Of a stretch of DNA of 64,000 nucleotides, positions 29,497 through 40,077 are shown piece after piece. The stretch spans positions 1,472,001-1,536,000 of the forward strand of contig CBDEFO010000008.1 in assembly GCA_965237525.1 (NCBI GenBank). Direction: 5' to 3'. Both the position numbers and the translations under genes were made by a program. The notes below the pieces were generated by a model, which worked only from the letters and a program-made list of their open reading frames with translations, did no database searches and was not told the DNA's origin. This DNA is from Candidatus Latescibacterota bacterium. Lineage in GTDB: Bacteria > Latescibacterota > CBDEFO01. Each line of letters begins with the position of its first letter. Within the stretch, counting starts at the first letter, position 1.

Positions 29497-31470
29497 ATGA
29501 TCTCAACACAAAGACAGAATCTATCCGACGCGCAAGCAACTAAAGGTTCAGGTATTACCTTCAGGGCTGTTTTCATCGGAGCGCTGTTATCACTCTTTAT
29601 AGGTATTGCTGTTCCCTATACGAATATGATCATCAAGGGGACATATCTTGCCCATAATTTCAGCACTCCCGCCGCCCTGTTTGTCTTCTTCATCTTGGTT
29701 GGGATCATCAACGTGATTTTAGGCGCCCTGAGAAGGAGCTTTGCCCTCAGCCGCGCAGAGTTAGCTACAGTCTATATTATGGTGATGATCGCAACAGCTA
29801 TACCCACCATCGGATTTTCCGAACATGTCCTGCCTATCATAATTGGCCTTTACTATTTTGCCACGCCTGAGAACGACTGGGCGAACCTTATTCACCCCAA
29901 TGTGCCAGAGTGGATAACACCCAAGGATCCGGATGCAATAAGGTATTTCTATGAGGGACTTCCTGAAGGCCAGTCTGTGCCTTGGAACGAGTGGTTTGAG
30001 CCGATATTTTACTGGTGTCTGTTTATTGTGACGCTCTATTTTGTGATGATATGTACGATGATAATCTTAAGGAAGCAATGGATGGAGAGAGAGAGGTTGC
30101 TCTATCCTTTGGTTCAGGTCCCCCTGGAGATGATACAGGACGATGAGAGGGGCTCCCTTATCAAACCTCTCTTTAAGAATCCGATTATGTGGGCCGGTTT
30201 TGCCATTCCCTTTATGATAGAAAATGTCAATGCCTTGCACAATTACTTCCCTTTCATCCCGAATATCGTCACATACACCAGTCTGTCGCTGTTCAGGAAT
30301 ACTACATGGCTCCTCCTCTACTTGAATGTACCGCTGATCGGTTTTGCGTATCTTTTGAATCGCGACATTGCATTGGGATTCTGGCTCTTTTTTCTTCTGT
30401 TGATAGCAGAAAAGGGCATATTCAGAATGATTGGTTTTCAGAGCACAGAGAATTTGAGCAGATTTGCAAATTCGGTTGGTCCTTACTTTGCGCATCAGAC
30501 GATGGGAGCTATGATAATGTTGGTGTTGTCAGGGCTATGGGTAGCCAGAGGACATCTTAAAGATGTGTTCAGGAAGGCCTTCAGGGGAGACCCCGATGTA
30601 CATGATTCAGGGGAGGTGTTATCTTATCGAACAGCTGTTATTGGGCTTTTGATCGGTCTTTTTCTTATGAGCATCTGGTTTTGGAAATCGGGTCTTCCCC
30701 TCTGGATCGTGCCCATATTCTTATTTGCAGTCTTTGTTATATTTACAGCCATAACCAGAGCGGTGATAGAGGGAGGTGCATCGGTCATCAGGACGCCCAT
30801 AATGCCCTCAGACTTCGTCATTTCTGGATTGGGGACCACTGTCCTGGGATCGTCCGGACTGGTAGGTTTAGCATTCACGTATGTCTGGAGCGCCAACATT
30901 CGCATCTTCTTCATGCCCTGTTTTGCCAATGCGCTGAAATTAGCAGAGGAGATAAAGGGGAGTAAAAGACCTTTAATTTGGGCAGTGGCATTAGCAGTGG
31001 TGGTTACTATAGCCGGGTCTATATGGGAGATTATGAATATGTCCTATAAGCACGGCGGGATCAATCTCCACTCACACTTTTTCATCGCTGTTCCCCAATT
31101 TGCTTTCAGGCATATAGCCCCTAAATTGGCCGAACCCGTCGCGGCGAATGTAGGAGGATGGATATTTACGGCTATAGGTGCTCTTCTAATGGGTCTCTTG
31201 ACGTTTGCCAGGTATCGGTTTTTGTGGTGGCCTGTACACCCTCTGGGGTTTGCCACCAGCACGTTCAATATTATGAATTGGGTCTGGTTTTCTGTATTTT
31301 TGGCGTGGCTCTTTAAGACGATTATTCTCAAGTACGGTGGATCGCTGCTGTATAGAAAGACAAGGCCGTTTTTCCTGGGATTGATTTTGGGACAGGTAAT
31401 TGTTGCGGGGATGTGGCTGGTAATAGACTATTTCACAGGGATGACCGGAAATGGCCTCGGATATTTTTGA
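29497..31470 (+). CDS. DUF6785/DUF6784-like membrane protein (paralogue 3)
   Basis: Collinear with, and highly similar to, paralogues 1 and 2. Confidence 0.75.
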   Translation: MISTQRQNLSDAQATKGSGITFRAVFIGALLSLFIGIAVPYTNMIIKGTYLAHNFSTPAALFVFFILVGIINVILGALRRSFALSRAELATVYIMVMIATAIPTIGFSEHVLPIIIGLYYFATPENDWANLIHPNVPEWITPKDPDAIRYFYEGLPEGQSVPWNEWFEPIFYWCLFIVTLYFVMICTMIILRKQWMERERLLYPLVQVPLEMIQDDERGSLIKPLFKNPIMWAGFAIPFMIENVNALHNYFPFIPNIVTYTSLSLFRNTTWLLLYLNVPLIGFAYLLNRDIALGFWLFFLLLIAEKGIFRMIGFQSTENLSRFANSVGPYFAHQTMGAMIMLVLSGLWVARGHLKDVFRKAFRGDPDVHDSGEVLSYRTAVIGLLIGLFLMSIWFWKSGLPLWIVPIFLFAVFVIFTAITRAVIEGGASVIRTPIMPSDFVISGLGTTVLGSSGLVGLAFTYVWSANIRIFFMPCFANALKLAEEIKGSKRPLIWAVALAVVVTIAGSIWEIMNMSYKHGGINLHSHFFIAVPQFAFRHIAPKLAEPVAANVGGWIFTAIGALLMGLLTFARYRFLWWPVHPLGFATSTFNIMNWVWFSVFLAWLFKTIILKYGGSLLYRKTRPFFLGLILGQVIVAGMWLVIDYFTGMTGNGLGYF

Positions 31471-31954
31471 CGGCTGATCTGGAAAGCTACGAGGACCAGT
31501 CCAGACTGGAGGGTCATTTGCGATCTTTACCTCTGAGGGTATAAAATGTTCTACCCGCAAGCTGAACTGGACTGACCCCAATCGCATTCACCATCCAAAG
31601 CCCAACAGCTCCCGATCCATCTGGGTTCTGGGCCAGAAAGGATCGCCTGTGAAATACGTTACGTTCGAGGGTGTACAGCACGGTCTTCGCAACGCCCGGA
31701 ACATCAAGCGCGCCCTCGATAGTGAACTCTACATCCAGAAATCTTAAAGAGGATATAGACAAAAGGTTAAAGGTAAAAAAGATGGTGGATAAGGTAAGGG
31801 CGATTTGTTTAATATAGATTGGTCTGTGAAAGTAGATACGTCAACTGGGGATGGGATCATGCACTTCTTCAAGAAGATCTGACACAGTAGCATCGATTTC
31901 AAAAGTGGGCCCCATCAGGCTACCTGAATCTGACAACTGTGGAACCTACCTACA

Positions 31955-32782
31955 TTACTCAGAATTCACAGGGCTCTGTGACTCGTTTTTTGGTTGCTGG
32001 GCAGATATTATCTCTTCTATTGCCTTCTCTGCTTTGATCCTGGTTATATACTTACCATTAAGGATGAATGAATCCTGCGCCGCTATCTTCTCCAGAGTAG
32101 GAATAGTGGAAAGATCCCCAAAGACCTCTAGCGTAAAGATAACCCTAGGTCTGTAATTCTCATGGGGATTGACATTCTCATTCCCCAAGTGCGATACAAG
32201 AATGTTCCTGATCGTATCTCGTTCCTCTTGAGTGAAAAAAGTGGGATCCAAATTAGCCATGCTCTTAAGAGTTGCCATGGCTCCGGTTTTCATGTTAAAT
32301 CTAGTGCTACCCATTAAATTGATAATATCTGCAACTACGGAGTGTCCAATTGCTAACAGTCCCTTGGCAGCCGCTCGACCCTGTCCCTCCATTGATTGAA
32401 GTAGAGCGGATTTGGAGCGCTCATCGCCTAATTCGTTCAAGAAAGCTATGATTGCCACCTCAAATTCCCCTTGACCTTCGCCTCCGTGCTCTTCCGGAGG
32501 TATCTTTTTTAGCTCCTGGTATCTATATACTAACGCGGGCACAGAGTCTATCACCGCTTCTTTACCTTCTTTTCTGAAAAGTACCGACAATTTAGCAAGC
32601 ACAATACTTGCAGAATACATGTCAGCATACTTGATGATTTCAGCATCTTGATCTGAAAAAGTCCAGCCCTTCAGATCAGGCAAGGTGGACGCATTCACAT
32701 TAATAGGTATCCAAAGAATAGTGTAAAGAACCAAAGTGACACCTACAAAGAATGATAGTGGTAGGGAGTGTTTTTGTCCCAT
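31955..32782 (-). CDS. Exported hypothetical protein with HEAT-like helical repeats
   Basis: RBS AAGGAG; signal peptide; LGDERSKSALL and FGDLSTIPTLEKIA HEAT-like motifs. Confidence 0.6.
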   Translation of the reverse strand: MGQKHSLPLSFFVGVTLVLYTILWIPINVNASTLPDLKGWTFSDQDAEIIKYADMYSASIVLAKLSVLFRKEGKEAVIDSVPALVYRYQELKKIPPEEHGGEGQGEFEVAIIAFLNELGDERSKSALLQSMEGQGRAAAKGLLAIGHSVVADIINLMGSTRFNMKTGAMATLKSMANLDPTFFTQEERDTIRNILVSHLGNENVNPHENYRPRVIFTLEVFGDLSTIPTLEKIAAQDSFILNGKYITRIKAEKAIEEIISAQQPKNESQSPVNSE

Positions 32783-32888
32783 CTTGTGCTCCTTTCAAGT
32801 ATCGTTGAACTCATCTTTGGAGATGTAAGTTAAGAAGGTAAATTCCAAATATTCCAGCAGCGTGCAATAATCTTCAGGAGAGTTGAAG

Positions 32889-33113
32889 CTATTTTCTTGA
32901 GAACAGGTTCAATATTAATGAGATGATGATGCTTAAGACAATGCAGGTCACGATGGGAAAATAAAGTGTAAAATTCCTCTTCTCTATCTTTATGTCTCCC
33001 GGAAGCTTACCTATGAGAGGTATCTTATCGGCATAGACTGTAAAAAGTCCCAAAAGGAACAGCAGTCCCCCGACGATCATTAGTATCTTACCCAGGCTTG
33101 AGAATCCGTCCAT
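32889..33113 (-). CDS. DUF2905 family small membrane protein
   Basis: LGKILMIVG...IGKLPGDI...FTLYFPIVTCIVLSII. Confidence 0.85.
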   Translation of the reverse strand: MDGFSSLGKILMIVGGLLFLLGLFTVYADKIPLIGKLPGDIKIEKRNFTLYFPIVTCIVLSIIISLILNLFSRK

Positions 33114-33199
33114 GTTTTCGATTCCCAAAGGTTTGGCAGTTGTATAGAACGGCGACCCGACTGAGGCTATCTGTTTCGCACGTTCGGAGATCTGAATTT

Positions 33200-33421
33200 C
33201 TATTCGCCTTGAACACCTGTGCACACCAGTGTATATTCAGTCGTCCGATCGGAGTTTACTATTTTAGTTGCTATCTTCCATATCATCCCATCTAAAAGAT
33301 ACTCCTGTGAGTAGGAATCGTACTGGTCGTTCAGATAGAAACGGTCTAAGTCCTTTTCCGTTGCCTGACGAGTATCCCCTACATTCCAATCCGGGGAATC
33401 TTGGATCAAATTCAGATCCAT
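33200..33421 (-). CDS. Hypothetical protein (73 aa)
   Basis: RBS AGGAGG before MDLNLIQDSPDW... Confidence 0.6.
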   Translation of the reverse strand: MDLNLIQDSPDWNVGDTRQATEKDLDRFYLNDQYDSYSQEYLLDGMIWKIATKIVNSDRTTEYTLVCTGVQGE

Positions 33422-33546
33422 CTTAGTCCTCCTTATCATCCGAAATATGGGTTTGAGAAGTACAACTTGAATATATATTTTCCTTATTGGCCTGTCAATC
33501 ATAATTTCACAGACAGACACTTGACCTCAAAGGGGTAATTAACTAT

Positions 33547-33610
33547 ATTTACACATAATAGTTGACAATTCTGATTTACACATAAATAGTTGACAATATA
33601 ATTGACAATT
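33547..33610. promoter_or_regulatory. Direct-repeat operator-like array in a divergent intergenic region
   Basis: ATTTACACATAA(A)TAGTTGACAAT twice, plus a third TTGACAAT. Confidence 0.55.
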
Positions 33611-33643
33611 TTGAGATGATTTCGGTTAGGACAGGGAGACATC

Positions 33644-33958
33644 ATGACGCATTACAGGGTCTATCCCGCTGACAAGGATAACGTCGAGTACTATAAGATA
33701 TCCCAAGCCTTAAAGTTGCAACTGCCTTATTTCGTAGCCTCTTCAGAGGACCCTGACGTACCGCCTCTGAAGGAAAACGAGTGCTGGATTCGCCTGAGTG
33801 ATGCGGAAAATTGGCTGGAGGAGGGAGTGTTCTACGTGGTCTCTCCCCTCGATGTGGAAAACAAGACAGAGGTGGAGATAAGTGAGGAACAGGAGGATTT
33901 CCTGATCTGGCTGACAGCCAATTCGGTGCAGCACATAAGGGTCGAAGAGATAGACTAA
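33644..33958 (+). CDS. Hypothetical acidic protein
   Basis: RBS GGGAG; 104 aa; first gene of a co-oriented run. Confidence 0.7.
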   Translation: MTHYRVYPADKDNVEYYKISQALKLQLPYFVASSEDPDVPPLKENECWIRLSDAENWLEEGVFYVVSPLDVENKTEVEISEEQEDFLIWLTANSVQHIRVEEID

Positions 33959-33995
33959 ATTCAAAGAGACAGACCACAAGGGGGTTCGGAGGGGC

Positions 33996-34814
33996 ATGAA
34001 GAGACATATACGCGAACTGGACGAACAGGGCTACACCCTGCTGGAGGATCTACTGACACCTCGTCAGGTTGAGGAGGCCATCGAGGTCCTCAAAGAAAGC
34101 TACGAGGAGGAGCACATCTCGTCCCATGAACCGGGTACCAAACGGACTCACAACCTGACTGCGCGGGCGGAGATATTTCGGGAAATCATCCAGTTGCCCA
34201 AGCTGGTCGCCTGCATGGAGTACCTATTGGGGCAGGATTATATCCTCTCGGACATGAGCGCTCGTTCACCCATGCCCGGAATGGCGGCCCAGAAGCTGCA
34301 TCGGGACGGCGGGCCATTTGTGCCGAATCCGCCGTACAATGTGCACACTGTGCTTCCCAGGGCCGCGCAGTCGGTCATTACGCTGTCCGAGTTCACGGCC
34401 GAAAACGGGGCCACGCGTCTGGTTCCCGGATCGCATCTCAGAGATATCGACCCCGAGTCTGTGTCTGCCGAGGAGGAGCGCCTGTTGATCTGCGGCCCTG
34501 GCACCGTGATGGTCTACGAAAACCGCATGATCCACGGGGGTGGTCCTAACACCACCGACGAGATACGCTATGCCATTTTCGGGTTCTGTTGCCGCAGCAC
34601 CACCCGGCCGTTCTGCGACCACACGCGCTCGATACCAAAAGAAGTGGTAGAAAACGCCACGCCGCTGCTGCGCCGGCTCTGGGGTTTCGAGTGTCAGTCC
34701 GCCTGGGAGGAATCGCCCCGGAACTTCAAAATAGTTGAGGCACCGGGCGCCAAGCCCAGGTTCGACTACAATAGAGGTATCGAGCGCGATATCGGGGAAG
34801 CCGGTCCAGAATGA
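33996..34814 (+). CDS. Phytanoyl-CoA dioxygenase (PhyH) family Fe(II)/2-oxoglutarate dioxygenase
   Basis: LDEQGYTLLEDLL; LHRD; ENGATRLVPGSH; IHGGGPN...R. Confidence 0.9.
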   Translation: MKRHIRELDEQGYTLLEDLLTPRQVEEAIEVLKESYEEEHISSHEPGTKRTHNLTARAEIFREIIQLPKLVACMEYLLGQDYILSDMSARSPMPGMAAQKLHRDGGPFVPNPPYNVHTVLPRAAQSVITLSEFTAENGATRLVPGSHLRDIDPESVSAEEERLLICGPGTVMVYENRMIHGGGPNTTDEIRYAIFGFCCRSTTRPFCDHTRSIPKEVVENATPLLRRLWGFECQSAWEESPRNFKIVEAPGAKPRFDYNRGIERDIGEAGPE

Positions 34815-34865
34815 GCGACTTCCTGTCGACTAAAGAAAACGAATTACTAAATTAGGAGTCTGCTT

Positions 34866-36221
34866 ATGCTATATCACAGATTACGGGAGCTTGAAGACCG
34901 AGGCGAGACCATCCAGGTCGGGTTGATCGCCGCCGGGACCTTCGGCACCCAGATAGCAGCACAGTTGGCCCATGCAACGGGGATGCGTCTGGCCGCCATA
35001 GCAGAGCTCGACACGGAAAAGGCCTTACGAGCTTACGATCACGGCGGCGCTGCAAGCGATCAGGTGGTGATGGCTGAATCTCCCGAAGACATAGATGCGG
35101 CCATCACTTCAGGACGCCCCGCAGTCACCATGAGCGCTCGGGCGATGATGGAGAGCGCAGTGGACGTGGTGATTGAAGCCACAGGCAATGTCAGGGCAGG
35201 AGCCTCGCACGCCCGATATGCGATTGAACAGCGCAAGCACACCGTCATGGTTACGGTAGAGGCGGATGTGGTCGTCGGATATCAACTGAAAAGACTCGCG
35301 GACGATGCAGGCGTCCTCTACGGGGCAGCCTACGGCGATGAGCCGGCTGTCGCCTTCGAGCTCTGGGACTGGGCACGCACACTCGGTTTCAGGGTGATTG
35401 CCGCTGGCAAAGGCACTCGATTCAAGACTGCTTTCAGAAAGGCAACCCCCGACGACGTGGCCAAGATGTACGGTTTTACCGGACAGGATTACAACGCCCA
35501 GATGTTCGGCTCGTTCCTGGACGGTACCAAAAACGCCACCGAGATGGCGGCCCTCGCGAATATGACCGGTCTGGTACCAGATATTCGCGGCATGCACTTC
35601 CCAACGTCAGATCTCAGGGATATACCGGATATACTCGCCCGCCAGGATAAGGGGGGCATTCTGGGACAGGAGGGTGTCGTGGAAGCGGTCAGCTCCATTG
35701 ACTCAAACGAGGTGCCCGTCGAAAGGGACCTCCGGGGAGGGCTCTACTGCGTGGTTGATGGCCAGACGCCCTTCATCGTGGAATCTCTCAGTTCGTACGG
35801 CGAGATTCTCGGAATGATTATCGGCCAGCGCAGCGGCTACGCTATGATTTACAGGCCGCAGCACTGGATCGGACACGAGATGCCCGTAAGCGTCGCCCGT
35901 ATGATCTTGAACGGTCAGACCTGCGGGACGCCTATCGGTCAGTTCGCCGAGGTAGTTGCAGTTGCCAAGAAGACCATTCCCGCCGGTACGGTCCTGGATG
36001 GCGAGGGCGGCTACTTTGTGTACGGTCTGCTTGAGAAGGCCGCTGTAGCCAGGGAAGAGAAGCTGCTTCCGATAGGACTCTCTCAGGGAGCAATCGTGAC
36101 CCGCGAGATATCAGAAGATGACATGGTGACCTTCGACGATGTGGAAGTGCCCGACTCTGAGCTTCTGGAGTTGAGGAGACTTCAAGACTCGGTCGTCTCG
36201 GTGGAAGCTACGCGTCTCTGA
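34866..36221 (+). CDS. NAD(P)-dependent oxidoreductase with a C-terminal SAF domain (homoserine dehydrogenase-like)
   Basis: VGLIAAGTFG; VIEATG; AYGDEP; SFLDGTK; AVAKK...LDGEGG...LPIGL. Confidence 0.85.
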   Translation: MLYHRLRELEDRGETIQVGLIAAGTFGTQIAAQLAHATGMRLAAIAELDTEKALRAYDHGGAASDQVVMAESPEDIDAAITSGRPAVTMSARAMMESAVDVVIEATGNVRAGASHARYAIEQRKHTVMVTVEADVVVGYQLKRLADDAGVLYGAAYGDEPAVAFELWDWARTLGFRVIAAGKGTRFKTAFRKATPDDVAKMYGFTGQDYNAQMFGSFLDGTKNATEMAALANMTGLVPDIRGMHFPTSDLRDIPDILARQDKGGILGQEGVVEAVSSIDSNEVPVERDLRGGLYCVVDGQTPFIVESLSSYGEILGMIIGQRSGYAMIYRPQHWIGHEMPVSVARMILNGQTCGTPIGQFAEVVAVAKKTIPAGTVLDGEGGYFVYGLLEKAAVAREEKLLPIGLSQGAIVTREISEDDMVTFDDVEVPDSELLELRRLQDSVVSVEATRL

Positions 36222-36306
36222 GCGTGTCATCCGGTGTTGCAGCGGCTGGCAAACGTCCAGACGCCCGGAATCCCTGACGGATCGGCCTTAAGTTGGATGA
36301 ACTACG

Positions 36307-37170
36307 TTGTATCTGAGCCAAGCTCTAAAAGTCAAGAAAGGAGCTGTCGTCTCGCTTGTGGGAGCCGGGGGAAAGACGACGGCTATGTACAGATTAGCGC
36401 GGGAATTGAGGGAGGATGGATGGCGCGTTGTGACTACGTCCACAACGATGATCGCCCCGCCTGCGCAAGATCAGAGCCAGCAGCTTATAGTCGCGCCGGA
36501 GCCGGACGAGCTGCTCTCACGGTTAGAAGCTGCGCTTAAGGAGTACGGACACGTCACCGTAGCCGCCGGACGCCTGACCAGGGGTACAGGATGGCTGCCG
36601 CGGATAGAGGGACTTGCTCCCGAACTGATCCAACAGATCAGAGATATGCCGGCGGTGGATGTAATTATCGTCGAAGCCGACGGCTGCAGGGGGCGTCCCT
36701 TCAAGGCCCCCGCGGCCCATGAGCCCATAGTGCCGGCCTCTACGACGATTTTGATCCCCGTGGTGGGCGTTGACGCCGTGGGGAAGACGCTCTCAGAGCA
36801 GTGTGTCCATCGGCCGGAGTTGGTGGCGTCCTTGACAGGGCTGCGGCAGGGCCAGATAATCACACCCGAAACAGTGGCAGAGGTGCTGGCTCATCCAGAA
36901 GGCGGCCTGAAGGGAGCGCCGCCGGGCGCATCTTGCATCCCTCTTATCAATAAGGTGGAACGTCGACTCAGCAGGGACGGAGAAGAAAGGCTAAAAACGG
37001 CAAAGATCATAGCCAGCTTCTTGCTTTCCTGTAATACGATCTGCCGTGTTATCGTCGCCGCTGTAGCCCGGGACGATCCTGTTCAGGCCGTATTCGAAGG
37101 GGGCTCCCAGAAAGTATCAAAGCCAAGCGGAGAGCTCTCTACAGAAGAAAGGGGAAAACAGGAGAACTGA
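36307..37170 (+). CDS. yqeC: YqeC family protein (accessory to Se-dependent Mo hydroxylases)
   Basis: VSLVGAGGKTT; VTTSTT; VEADGCRGRPFKAPAAHEP; HRPE; INKVE. Confidence 0.85.
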   Translation: MYLSQALKVKKGAVVSLVGAGGKTTAMYRLARELREDGWRVVTTSTTMIAPPAQDQSQQLIVAPEPDELLSRLEAALKEYGHVTVAAGRLTRGTGWLPRIEGLAPELIQQIRDMPAVDVIIVEADGCRGRPFKAPAAHEPIVPASTTILIPVVGVDAVGKTLSEQCVHRPELVASLTGLRQGQIITPETVAEVLAHPEGGLKGAPPGASCIPLINKVERRLSRDGEERLKTAKIIASFLLSCNTICRVIVAAVARDDPVQAVFEGGSQKVSKPSGELSTEERGKQEN

Positions 37171-37182
37171 ACAGGCCGCAGG

Positions 37183-37275
37183 GTCTATTCCGCATCGTGG
37201 AATGTTAAGAGGCGATGCAACCTCCACTGCGCTCACTTCTGCATGGGCGCTGTCCCCAAAGGTCGGGAGATTAGC
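37183..37275 (+). pseudogene. Relic of a radical SAM (AhbC/AhbD/NirJ-like) N-terminus
   Basis: VYSASWNVKRRCNLHCAHFC resembles WNxTxxCNLxCxHC; no start codon, and the frame stops soon after. Confidence 0.55.
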
Positions 37276-37328
37276 TCAAGGGGTTGGGAAGGTCACTCGA
37301 ATCGGTCTTAAGAAAGGACATAAACATA

Positions 37329-38321
37329 ATGAGATATAGGAATTTGGGAAATACTGACATAGCGGTGTCAGAAGTCGGCTTTGGAGTCTGGACGGTCGGG
37401 ACAACCTGGTGGGGAATTACAGATGAGGATTTCGGAATAGACCTTTTAAGGCACGCCTTTGACAGGGGCATTACGTTCTTCGACACGGCTGATACATACG
37501 GCAGCGGAGTGGGAGAGACGATCCTGGCTAAAGCCCTCAAGGACAAGAGAGATCAGATTGTGATCGCCACAAAGTTCGGCTACGATTTCTATTCTGACAC
37601 AGGTGAAAGGAAGGGCCATGTAGAACTTCCGCACGATTTTTCGCCCCAATTTGTGCGCTTTGCAGCAGATGAGAGCTTGAAGAGATTGGAGACCGATTAC
37701 ATAGATCTGTATCAGGTTCACAACCCCCGAATGGACGACATAGATTCCGACGATCTATTCGACACGCTGACCCGACTTCAGGATGAAGGCAAGATCAGGC
37801 ACTTCGGTGTGGCCCTGGGCCCGGCGATAGGCTGGAAAGACGAGGGGTTAGCGGCGATGAACAAGAGGGACATATGCTCCCTTCAGATCATATATAACCT
37901 TCTGGAGCAAGACCCGGGGAGAGACTTCTTTCCCGTCGCCCGGGAAGAGGGCATAGGCGTCCTGGTGCGGGTCCCTCACTCATCGGGGCTTTTAGAAGGG
38001 AAATACGATAAAGACACGAAATTCTCCAAGGATGATCACAGGAGCCACCGTCCGGATGAGTGGCTTACTGAGGGACTCAAGAAATTGGAAAAGATAAGCT
38101 TTTTGACCGAAGACAGAGATGCCACGATAGGACAGATGGCATTGCGATTTGTCCTATCGGAGCCCTCCATCTCCTCTGCTCTTCCCAATATCTACAATAT
38201 GGATCATATAGATGAGTTCGTGGGGGCGTCAGATTGCGACGATTTGACTCCCGAGGAGCTCAAGGAGATAGAAAGGCTTTATGAGAGCAACTTTGAACTT
38301 TCGGAGTCGGAGGTAGTATAA
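37329..38321 (+). CDS. Aldo/keto reductase
   Basis: [47 protein letters not shown]. Confidence 0.92.
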   Translation: MRYRNLGNTDIAVSEVGFGVWTVGTTWWGITDEDFGIDLLRHAFDRGITFFDTADTYGSGVGETILAKALKDKRDQIVIATKFGYDFYSDTGERKGHVELPHDFSPQFVRFAADESLKRLETDYIDLYQVHNPRMDDIDSDDLFDTLTRLQDEGKIRHFGVALGPAIGWKDEGLAAMNKRDICSLQIIYNLLEQDPGRDFFPVAREEGIGVLVRVPHSSGLLEGKYDKDTKFSKDDHRSHRPDEWLTEGLKKLEKISFLTEDRDATIGQMALRFVLSEPSISSALPNIYNMDHIDEFVGASDCDDLTPEELKEIERLYESNFELSESEVV

Positions 38322-38370
38322 ACAAATAGACAGTAGACAGCATACAGTAGACAGGGAGGAGACCTGCTTC

Positions 38371-38804
38371 ATGGAAAAGGATCAGGATTCTCGTATTGGA
38401 GCTCTCGAAAAACGAAATGCAGTCCGTTCGAGATCAGGTGGTGTATCTCCAGGAGCTTATCATAAACTTTATGAAGAAGATAGAAACTGCCATAGCTTTC
38501 TGATGAGATATTCCCCGAGGTGAGAAAAGATAAGGATGCTGAGCAAGCTGTCGTCGAGATAGTAGTCAAACAGTTGGAAAGACTTTTACCAGAGACCTGC
38601 GACCATCCGCCTGAGGATTTGAAAGGCGAAAGAATGCTTGAAGGCACGAACCTCAAGTGCACAGAGGACCTTTACAGATGTGTGTCTCGTATTCCGATTC
38701 CCTTCGTTCGGGAGATGGTCGTAAAACGAGTGGAGGAATACGCCAAAGATCACTCCATAGATTTTATAGACCTCAAGACCTACGAGGAAGCTTCCACTTT
38801 TTGA
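38371..38804 (+). pseudogene. Frameshifted protein with a C-terminal PCP_red-like domain
   Basis: RBS GGAGG and ATG at 38371; apparent shifts near 38412 and 38500; ends SRIPIPFVREMVVKRVEEYAK. Confidence 0.5.
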
Positions 38805-38983
38805 TAGTGCCGCAAAGTGGGGGAGTTGCACTCATCTAATGCCGATCTTAGCTCAAATGCCGTTGAAGCCTTTTTGTCTCAGGAGGTCTCGGCGGTTTTC
38901 AGAGGCTGGATCGGTCAGGTATAGTGAATTATTACAATTCTTATGCTCTTTGACAAAGTTCTACCGACTACTGATCTATTTAT

Positions 38984-39697
38984 ATGCCAGGATTTGATAG
39001 GAAAGCGAAGCTTGCCCGTCGTCTCTTCTCGGGAGTCACAAATGAGTACGACTCTCTACTTTGGCTCCTCACCTTTGCCATGGATAGGCACTGGCGAAGA
39101 ACTATCGTCAAAAGATCAGGTATCGATTCAGGCACGAAAGTCTTAGACATTGCGACTGGAACAGGGCTCTTGGCCTTCGACTTAGCCAAATGTGCAGGAT
39201 CAGATGGAAAAGTGGTAGGCTTGGACTTGACTATGAACATGCTGCGTAAGGCTAAGGCTGTAAGGGAAAAAAGGGGCCACCCTCAAAGGGTCGAATTCGT
39301 CACCGGCAGAGCAGAACACCTTCCTTTTCGGGCAGACACTTTTGAATGTGCCACTATAAGTTTAGGTCTGCGCAACGTCTCAAATGTCAGGGAGACTTTC
39401 GAAGAGATGAGGTGTGTAGTCAGGTCAGGCGGCAGTGTCATCTCTCTGGACTTCACACGCCCTCCAAATAGACTCTTGAGGAAGATATACTATTTCTATC
39501 TACTCAAGGTACTGCCTATTATCGGCAGACTGGTCTCTGCCGAATGGCACGACATCTTCGAGTATCTGGGCCGATCTATCCTTGAGTTTTACCCCGTAGA
39601 AGAAGTGGAAGCCATAATGAAGCAAGCGGGCCTGCAGAATATTGAAAGACACAGTCTGACAGGTGGAGTAGTTACTTTTTTTATCGGAACTAAGTAG
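38984..39697 (+). CDS. UbiE/MenG family SAM methyltransferase
   Basis: YD...DRHWRR; VLDIATGTG; AEHLPF; GLRNV; YLGRSI. Confidence 0.85.
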   Translation: MPGFDRKAKLARRLFSGVTNEYDSLLWLLTFAMDRHWRRTIVKRSGIDSGTKVLDIATGTGLLAFDLAKCAGSDGKVVGLDLTMNMLRKAKAVREKRGHPQRVEFVTGRAEHLPFRADTFECATISLGLRNVSNVRETFEEMRCVVRSGGSVISLDFTRPPNRLLRKIYYFYLLKVLPIIGRLVSAEWHDIFEYLGRSILEFYPVEEVEAIMKQAGLQNIERHSLTGGVVTFFIGTK

Positions 39698-40077
39698 CTG
39701 CACAAGACTTGCTTGGATACGTTAGGTGAGTAGACAGGTCAACCCTCCCATACCTTGAGTCTCCGATTGCCCCTGATTGATTCTATCGGGGATGGGGGAT
39801 TCGGGCGTTGCCCCTTGCAATGACTAAAGGTTCAAACCAAGGCAACGTCATTGTGATCCGTCGTAGGCACTGGGTGCATTATTTGGGAGAGGAGGCAGCA
39901 ACCCACGAAGCGGGGGAAGCAATCTCCGTTAGGTCGCCTCTCCCTCTATGCGGACTGCTAATCTGGAGCTCGACAATCTTGTGCAGACTATTTCGGCTCG
40001 ATACTGAAAATATAGAAAAGACCGCTGTGGACAGATAGATTCTCTTAAAGACTCTCACAAGAAGGATATCGCACTCT

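Noticed and set aside
24350..31470. Diversity-generating retroelement behind the paralogue variation
   Set aside because: There is no reverse transcriptase, and differences are spread across whole genes rather than adenine-specific in a short repeat.
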